DNA of 64,000 bases. Source: Octopus vulgaris (taxonomy: Eukaryota). Position 1 is the first letter of the stretch. The number at the start of each line of letters is the position of its first letter. Position numbers and translations under genes: made by a program. Positions 55,491-64,000 of the stretch are shown here, in pieces. The stretch covers positions 166,346,001-166,410,000 of the forward strand of contig OX597817.1 in NCBI GenBank assembly GCA_951406725.2, in the 5' to 3' direction. The notes under the pieces are model-generated. The model searched no databases. It saw nothing but the letters and a program-made list of their open reading frames with translations, and was not told the origin of the DNA.

Positions 55491-55837
55491 CCACCGCCGC
55501 AGCTTTCAACATCGCCGTCGCCAACATCAGTGGTAACAAGGGAGTGTCCTATTGTATGTACTCAATAGGACACGCGCTGCCATGAAAAATAAAGGGAAAG
55601 GCACATCGGTAAATGCAATGAGCAAAGATGCTTAAGCTAACTGCCACCACCATCCTCCTCCTCCTCCTCATCATCATCATCGTTGCCGTGATCGTCATCA
55701 TCATCACCATTGTCGTCGTAATCTTTATCACCATCATCATAATTATCCTCGTCATCATCATCATCATCACCATCGTCGTCGTAGTCTCTATCAACATCGT
55801 CATCATTATCATCGTGGTCGTCGACGTCATCATCGCC

Positions 55838-55887
<50 letters not shown>

Positions 55888-55994
55888 TATCATCATCATC
55901 GTCATCATCATCACCATCGTCGTCGTTGCTGTCGCCGTCATCGTCACCATCATCTGTATCCTTCACGTTTCCACAGTCCTTTTATCGCCGCTCT

Positions 55995-56378
55995 GTGGAG
56001 GCGCAATGGCCCAGTGGTTAGGGCAGCGGACTCGCGGTCATAGGATCGCGGTTTCGATTCCCAGACCGGGCGTTGTGAGTGTTTATTGAGCGAAAACACC
56101 GAAAGCTCCACGAGGCTCAGGCAGGGGATGGTGGTGATCCCTGCTGTACTTTTTCTCCACAACTTTCTCTTACTCTTACTTCCTGTTTCTGTTGTACCTG
56201 TATTTCAAAGGCCGGTCTTGTCACTCTCTGTGTCACGCTGAATATCCCCGAGAACTACGTTAAGGGTACACGTGTCTGTGGAGTGCTCAGCCACTTACAC
56301 GTTAATTTCACGAGCAGGCTGTTCCGTTGATTCGGATCAACCGGAACCCTCGTCGTCGTAACCGACGGAGTGCTTCCA
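55995..56378 (+). mobile_element. SINE family C with 14-bp target-site duplication
   Basis: TSD TTTATCGCCGCTCT at 55981-55994 and 56379-56392. Confidence 0.92.
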
Positions 56379-56892
56379 TTTATCGCCGCTCTAGCGATAT
56401 ACTAGTTTCCTTAACGAACACTTTGTTTCATTTGTCGACATTAACGTTATACTTACTCTTCTGGCTGTCATTGGCACCGCTGGTAGCGGTGGCGTTGGTG
56501 GCGGCCTCGGCTGCTGCTGCTATTTTTGTTGCTGTTCCACTTGATTAATATTCTTGATGTAGTCACTGATGTCCTTGTTTTCGTTTTGTTACCGTCAATT
56601 TTGTTGTTGTTGAAGTTGTCTTATGTTGATGGATACTCTTGATGTGTTTCACATGTACTAGCCACTGTTGTCATGGTTTGCTGCTGTTGTTGTTGTCGTC
56701 GTCGTCGTCATAGTATTCATTGTTGTTGTTGTTGCTGTTACAGTTGATTGATATTCTTGATATTGTTGTTGCGGAGCCCTTTATCAGTTGCTGGACGTAC
56801 TTATCAACATTCAGTAATTTCAACGTTAATTTTTTTTTATTCTATGTTTTTATTTTTGGTACGAGTTTGATATATTGAGTTCAGCCGTAGTA

Positions 56893-56965
<73 letters not shown>

Positions 56966-56979
56966 CAGCAGCAGCAGCA

Positions 56980-57172
56980 GTGTTCAAGAATTTGGACCTG
57001 GAGATCTCCATTTTCAGCGACTTCGAGGGCCACTTCCCAGTGGTGACACCCTCGACTGCAACCAGACGACCAAAGTTTTTTCTTTCTGCAAGGTCTGGGG
57101 TCTCCCGCCCCTAAGCCCTAGACCATCACCTAATCAACCTTACCCGTCTTGTTGCTTAACAACACCAACAAC
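56980..57172 (+). mobile_element. Short structured retroposon, family F
   Basis: Homologous to 61035-61245 (minus); (AAC)n tail. Confidence 0.75.
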
Positions 57173-57287
57173 AGCAACAGCAGCAGGAGCAGCAGCAGTA
57201 GTAGTGGTGGTGGTGGTGGTGGTGGTGGTGGTTGTGGTGGTGGTGGTTGTGGTGGTGGTGGTTGTGGTGGTGGTGGTAGTGGTAGTG

Positions 57288-57335
<48 letters not shown>

Positions 57336-57656
57336 CTAGTAGTAGTAACAATGACAACAGCAGCAGAAGCAGTACTACGAACCGTTTCTCCAAATTCATC
57401 ATTTCGTGTTCTGACGAGACCAAGATATCCAGTTCAGTATAAAAAGGGTCACTAAAAATACTTGATGACGTAAAACAAGAAATTTAGATTCACTAAAAAT
57501 TAACTTACTTTTAATAAGAACAAACGTTATCTGAAATTACCTTAATTCTGGTAATGAAAGCAAGGGAAGACAACCCTGCAATTTTAATTCATTGTAAATA
57601 AATATGGAAAATACCGGAGACTAATTTTGATCTTTAAAAATACTGTGGTAATTCTT

Positions 57657-57693
57657 GACATGTTTCGGTCTATTAGAGAGCTCATCAGCGGCT
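57657..57693 (-). ncRNA. Hammerhead core lacking the 3' strand of stem I
   Basis: Minus strand: AGCCG-CTGATGA-GCTCT(CTAAT)AGACC-GAAA-CATG-TC, then unpaired sequence. Confidence 0.45.
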
Positions 57694-58244
57694 ACTAGGT
57701 TTTATAGTGTCAAAGGTATTGCATTGATTGTTAATGACTGGACATTGAGTGGAGAAATAACGTGATAGAATGACTGATGTCATAAACGAAGATATTTTAA
57801 TTATTTAAGTTTATAGTATTAATGATGAGAGTCATTATCATCTAAGCGTTAAATACTGGTCAAAAAGAGCAAGGGAGGTAACCTAAAGTTTTCAAATGAA
57901 CTATTCTGATCGAAAAGCAAGGGAGATAACCTGGAATTTTCGAATGACAGGTTTTTAGAAGAAAAAGTCTTGTGAAAATAACAAGTGACATTAAGTTGGA
58001 ATTTTCTGTAACTGAACTTAAATATATAGGGTACAGTTTTTTTTCTGACGCAGCACAGAATCCTAAAATTGCTTTGTTTTCGGAAGTTTGAAAGACAAAT
58101 TCGATTTGGACAACATTTGAACGCGAAACATTTAATATCACTCGGTATTTAGAAAGCAGTATTTTGCCACTTGTACCTCTGGGGTCCATCGCGGGATTAC
58201 TTATGTTCGCCAGCTAAATGGACTGGAGCAAACGTAAAATGAAG

Positions 58245-58406
58245 TATTTTGCTCAAGAAGGCAACGAGTCGCTCGGTCCAGGAATCGAAACCACAATCTT
58301 ACGATCATGAGTTCACCACCTTAACCACTAAACCACGCACCTCCACACACACACACATACACGCTTCGATTCCTGGACCGGGCGACTCGTTGCCTTCTTG
58401 AGCAAA

Positions 58407-58409
<3 letters not shown>
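58245..58409. repeat. 45-bp local inverted duplication within a family D-like SINE
   Basis: 58245-58289 is the reverse complement of 58365-58409 with one mismatch. Confidence 0.8.
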
Positions 58410-58491
<82 letters not shown>

Positions 58492-58498
58492 TGCGTGC

Positions 58499-58551
<53 letters not shown>

Positions 58552-59700
58552 TTTGCGTTTGTCACCTACCACTGCTTGACAACCGGTGTTGGTTTACTTA
58601 GGTCCCAAAGTCTAACTGTTCGCCAAAAGAGACGGATAGAATAAGTACTTGACAGGAGTTGATTTGTCCAACGTGACCCTTCAAGTCAGTGCCCCAGCAA
58701 GGCCGCAGTTTAATGACTGTAACAAGTAAAAGACAAAACAAAAGATAGCTATAGAGCAAACTTAAATTCACTTAGAAACTTTTGCATACACCATTTCAGT
58801 ACATCTCTCCGATCCCGAAAGATCTAAATCTATAATGTTAGCCCACTAAAATTATGTAACTCAGCGCACACTTTGTAATAACCGAATTTTTGTTTCCATT
58901 TATACAAAAAGAAAAGGAAATTCATAAACGGTTTGCATTTCAAAGAAAGCGACTTGAGTAAAAACAAATTCAACACCAATGGGATTAGAACAATGAACGG
59001 AGGGACGTAACCAGACACTGTATATAGTTTATTTGTTATTTTTATTTACCCCACTTTTAGTCTGGGTAAACGAAGTTACATACTCGATCGTTCGTTTATC
59101 GGAGGAATCCATCAACGGTTGATCAGGTTTGGTACTTACCGTTTTGAGTGCAAATTTTGCAGAGGTCGACTTTGCCTTTCATCCTTTCAGTGTCGGAAAA
59201 TAAAGAACTAGTGAAGTGCTGGAGTTGATGCACTCGATAAAACATTTCCTACTACTAAAATTGCAGAAATCTGCGCCAAAATTCGAAATAATTACCACCA
59301 ATAGAGGTTGTCGGAGGGATAGGTTGTCAGCTTCGGTGCATCTGTCTCTCTTCTACGCTTCTGTCTTGACAGACGGCTATGGTAGCTCGCATAAGATGTA
59401 AGCATTCAATGAAGAACGCAGTAATGCTCTCAAGAACGGAGGAATAAGAAAACAAGTCGTGGTGGTGGTGGGTCATATCTCTTCAAAATTCAAAGACAAA
59501 AGTTTCTGTAAAGGGCTACTAAAGAACTCAGGACATTTTCACACAAAACTGCATTCATTTCCACTGCATGGCACCTTGGGTAAGTGTCTTCTACTATAGT
59601 CGCGTGCAACTGGTACTTATTTTATCGGCCCCCGAAAGGATGAAAGGCAACATGCATACATACATACATACATACATACATACATACATACATACATACA

Positions 59701-59733
<33 letters not shown>

Positions 59734-60231
59734 GCCTTGAATGTAATGATATATGTATAATATATGGCGTGTACTGGTACACCGGCGATTATAATTAATT
59801 TTATTGTATCGCATTTATCTTTGTTTACATATTCTCTCGATAAATTTCTGACCGTTAGACGATATACCACAATCCCCTATTTTGTCGGGTTTGTTCTGAG
59901 TCTGCGCAGTGTTTTGAATAGTTTAGAAAGAGCATTTCGATAGACGCACATGGGTCTATTGATATGGTCTTCCCATCATTAACAGGAATCTTACTGAAGA
60001 GCCAGCCTGAGTAAATAAATACTATTTTTATTACTGAATTTGGCGAAACTGCAGTATAAGAAAAGTTAAGTTTGTAAAAGTTTTTAATTTTCATCTCACT
60101 AAATTTATCCAGCTATTGTGTATCTAGTGCACTCTTCGCCTTGAATGTAATGATATATGTATAATATATGGCGTGTACTGGTACACCGGCGATTATAATT
60201 AATTTTATTGTATCGCATTTATCTTTGTTTA
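59734..60231 (+). mobile_element. Retrozyme-like element: 404-nt unit with 94-nt terminal redundancy
   Basis: 59734-59827 is identical to 60138-60231; contains a canonical HHR; flanked by (TACA)n and (TA)n. Confidence 0.82.
59989..60061 (+). ncRNA. Canonical type I hammerhead ribozyme with palindromic stem III
   Basis: TCTTA-CTGAAGA-GCCAG...TTGGC-GAAA-CTGCAG-TA-TAAGA; predicted cleavage after 60056. Confidence 0.85.
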
Positions 60232-60339
60232 TATATATATATACGACGGGCTTCTTTCAGTTTCCATCTACGAAATCCACTCACAAAGCTTTGGTCGACC
60301 CGAGACTATAGTAGAAGACACTTGCCCAAGGTGCCGGCC

Positions 60340-60686
60340 CCAAAAAGATGAAAGGCAAAGTCGACCTGGTGGAATTTGAACTCAAAACGTAAAGACAAGC
60401 GAAATGCTGCTATGCATTTTGCCCAGCATGTTAATGACTTTGCCAGCTCGCCGCCTTACCTGGACCATACATTTTTTTCTACTCTAGGCACAAGGCCCGA
60501 AATTTTTGGGGAAGAGGCCAGTCGATTAGATCGACTGCAGTACGCAACGGGTACTTAATTTATGGACCCCGAAAGGATGAAAGACAAAGTCGACCTCGAC
60601 GGAATTTGGACTCAGAACGTAGCAACAGACGAAATACGGCTACGCATTTCGCCCGGTGTGCTAACGTTTCTGCCAGCTCACCGCTT
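60340..60686 (-). mobile_element. SINE family B copies
   Basis: Two copies. Confidence 0.8.
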
Positions 60687-61034
60687 TAGCTGGACTATAT
60701 ATTAACCAAGTGATGTGGCTTGCATGACATCAACTGGAAGGTAATTCCTTTCCGGCCCATATTTGTGAATTGAAACAAGAATCCAGTTAGAATTCTTGTG
60801 CTTTGATTCTTCGATGAGCAACTGGTCACACTTAAAAATGGTCGAGAGAAGGCTGTCCTTCGCACGAAAATGAGATAGAAAACGTATGAATCGCCTCAGA
60901 GAATTGTTACAGCCTAAAAATAGAGATGTATCTAAAAACTGGCCAGAATGGAGATCTGATGTTTCGCTTCTTGCAGTTCTGTCGGTGAGTTTTAGCTCCA
61001 TCAGCTGCCAGCTTCCTCTGCGCACAAGAAGCTG

Positions 61035-61245
61035 TTGTTGTTGTTGTTGTTGTTAAGCAACAAGACGGGTAAGGGTGATTAGGTGATGGTCTAGGGCTTA
61101 GGGGCGAGAGACCCCAGACCTTGGACAAAATAACTTTGGTCATCTTGTTGTAGTCGAGGGCTCTTCGTTGACGCCCGACACCACTGGGAGGTGGCCCTCG
61201 AAGTCGCTGGAAATGGAGATCTCCAGGTCCAAATTCTTGAGCAGC
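61035..61245 (-). mobile_element. Short structured retroposon, family F, with 14-bp TSD
   Basis: TSD CGCACAAGAAGCTG at 61021-61034 and 61246-61259; (AAC)n tail. Confidence 0.82.
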
Positions 61246-61582
61246 CGCACAAGAAGCTGGATGCTTTGGCTGATGATACAAATAAATGCGATGAGGCTGC
61301 ACAAATGCACAAATATCTTGTGTAAAATTGTTCTGTTAGGTACGTCTTCCCCAAATTTCTCTGTTTGGCGGCACTAAAAGTTCCAAGTCACGCTGGAAAG
61401 ACGTTGCTTACTGCGATTTGTTTCAGCTCTTTATATTTTGGGTTCAAATTCCGCTAGTGTCAACTTAGCTTGCATTGCTTTCGGGGTCGATAATATAAGC
61501 ACAAGTTGATGTAATCGACTAACACCCTCCCCTCAGAACTACTGTCCTTCTTCTTCTTCTTCTTCTTCTTCTTCTTCTTCTT

Positions 61583-61611
<29 letters not shown>

Positions 61612-61613
<2 letters not shown>

Positions 61614-62170
61614 TTGAGTGAGAGAGCAGTGCATGCCATCAAAGTGACACTGGGGTAAAATATACGAAGCCCAGTATACCCATCATGACGATACGTCTGA
61701 TAACGGTACACTAGGCACATGCATCACAACCATACGTGCGCGACATGGTGATCTCATATCAAGATAAACAGTGAGTGACCTTGCATGTGGAACCCAGTTA
61801 GAATTTTCTTCAGGTTGAGAAGCCCATCAAAAGGTCCTTGAATAAGGGTTGTTTAAGGATGTTGAACGAGCCGCCGATGTTTCCAAAGGTCAATTATCCA
61901 AACCCAAAAGAATTCCTTTCAACACATGGCTATGATGCTCCCCCACTACTTCTGCTCGTAATCAGAGATGCACATAGCGTCAGCCACTAAGGGACAAGGT
62001 CAACTTGTTATGGTCAAACAACTGACAAGCAAATCTGTGGTATTGAGCAGAATATTTGCTGTAGCCCATCTTTTATACCAAGACAAAACAATGAACATGA
62101 TAACACTTCCAATCAGTTAAGATCAGAAGTCATGAGAGCCACTGCTTGGTACTGCATTAGGGCATTTATT
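61612..62170 (+). mobile_element. Retroposon family E (unclassified), next to a (TTC)n tract
   Basis: 3' half matches 22465-22684; (TTA)-rich tail. Confidence 0.7.
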
Positions 62171-62202
62171 ACTATAATTATTATCATTCTTATTACTATT
62201 CA

Positions 62203-62770
62203 GGTGGCGAGCTGGTAGAATCGTTAGCACGCCGGGCGAAATGCTAAGCGATATTTCGTCTGTTGCTACGTTCTGAGTTCAAATTCCGCCGAAGTCGACT
62301 TTGCCTTTCATCCTTTCGGAGTCGATTAAATAAGTACCAGTTACACACTGGGATCGATATAATCGACTTAATCCGTTTGTCTGTCCTTGTTTGTCCCTAC
62401 TGTGTTTAGCCCCCTGTGGGTAGTAAAGAAATAGGTATTTCGTCTGCGTTCAAATTCCGCCGAGGCCGACTTTGCCTTTCATCCTTTCGGGGTCGATTTA
62501 AATAAGTACCAGTTACGCACTGAGGTCGATGTTATCGACTTTATCCGTTTCTCTGTCCTTGTTTGTTCCCTCTGTGTTTAGTCAACTTGTGGGTAGTAAA
62601 TAAATAGGTATTTTGTCTGTCTTTACGTTCTAAGTTCAAAGTCCGCCGGAATCGACTTTGCCTTTCGTCCTTTCGAAGTCGACAAAATGTGTATCAGTCA
62701 AGTACTGGAACTGATGTGATCTACTCACCCCTCTTCCAATATTTCAGGCCTTGTGCCTACATTAGAAAGG

Positions 62771-62862
<92 letters not shown>

Positions 62863-63435
62863 CATTCTTATTATTCAGTAGGTGAGCTGGCAGAATCGTT
62901 AGCACGCCGGGGAAAATGCTTAGCGGCATTCCGTCTATCTTTACGTTCTGAGTTTAAATTCCACCGAGGTCGACTTTGCCTTTCATCCTTTCGGGGTCGA
63001 TAAATTAGGTAACCGTGAGACTCTGGTGTCCTATCCCCCAAAATTTCAGGCCTTGTGCCTTTAATAAAATATTATCATTATTAAGGAGGCACGCTGTCAG
63101 AATCGTTAGTATATCGGACAAAATGCTTAGTGGTATTTCTTCCGGCTATTTATGCTGTGAGTTCAAATCCCAGTGAAGTTGACACTCGAGGCCGATGAAA
63201 TAAGTACCAGTCAAGTAATGGGGTCGATGTAATCTACTTCCCTCTTCTCCAAAAATTGCTTATCCGGGGCCAAAATTTGAAACCATTATTATAAGGAGGC
63301 ATGCTGTCAGAATCGTTAACGCGCGGGACAAAATACTTCTTACTAAGCGGCATTTATTCTGACTCCTCATGTCCCAAGTTCGAATTCCACCCAGGTCAAC
63401 TTTGCCTTTCAAACTTGCAGATTCGATATAATAAA
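62203..63435 (+). mobile_element. Tandem array of SINE family B copies
   Basis: About six copies of decreasing conservation with (ATT)n spacers. Confidence 0.85.
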
Positions 63436-63450
63436 TACCAGCTGAATACG

Positions 63451-63528
<78 letters not shown>

Positions 63529-63549
63529 TATTTATATACATATATATAC

Positions 63550-63575
<26 letters not shown>

Positions 63576-63582
<7 letters not shown>

Positions 63583-63879
63583 AGAAAATAGTAAAGTGTG
63601 AAAAAACGACAGAAGGCTTAAATGTTAAAAATATATATATATTTGTGTCAAAATGTCTGGAGAATATTGGAAAAATTTTTTTCCTTTCCTAAAAATGACA
63701 TAATTTAAAAATTTTTAAAGAAATTTAAATAAATAAATTTAAAGAAATTTAAATTTAAATAATTAGGAAAGGAAAAAATTTTTTTCCAATATTCTCCAGA
63801 CATTTTGACACAAATATATATATTTTTTAACATTTAAGCCTTCTGTCGTTTTTTCACACTTTACTATTTTCTTATATAT
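63576..63879. repeat. Near-perfect inverted repeat (arms of about 115 bp) between (TA)n tracts
   Basis: 63576-63692 is the reverse complement of 63763-63879. Confidence 0.9.
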
Positions 63880-63912
63880 TCACCCACGTGCTTTACCAAA
63901 CAAACTTTCTTA

Positions 63913-63988
<76 letters not shown>

Positions 63989-64000
63989 CATATATATATA

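Noticed and set aside
62203-63435. Repeat-spacer appearance suggesting a CRISPR array
   Set aside because: The units are long, diverged SINE copies in eukaryotic DNA, and there are no cas genes.

Overview
Repeat-saturated, AT-rich animal genomic DNA, most consistent with an octopus (cephalopod) genome; this is inferred from the SINE families and the extreme (TA)n/(CA)n/(CAT)n microsatellite density. Nearly all ORFs in the track are microsatellite artefacts. Real protein-coding homology is limited to two CR1-type LINE copies (35360-36530 and 37437-40196, minus), short RTE-type LINE 3' ends and a mariner remnant, plus one well-bounded candidate host exon (14449-14561, minus). The window also holds many tRNA-derived SINEs of about four families, four non-autonomous Helitrons and several foldback elements in (TA)n tracts. 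The main unexplained signal is a set of hammerhead-ribozyme (HHR) motifs in short non-coding elements. Two retrozyme-like units (361 and 404 nt) have terminal redundancy and a type I HHR. Further type I HHRs or remnants lie at about 11.0, 18.7 and 57.7 kb, and a minimal variant occurs at 15.9 and 40.6 kb. A two-copy family (21053-21114, 31509-31570) has its three HHR strands in the non-circularly permuted order cleavage site / GAAA / CUGANGA, with compensatory base changes between the copies. All folds were made by eye, and no cleavage activity is demonstrated.
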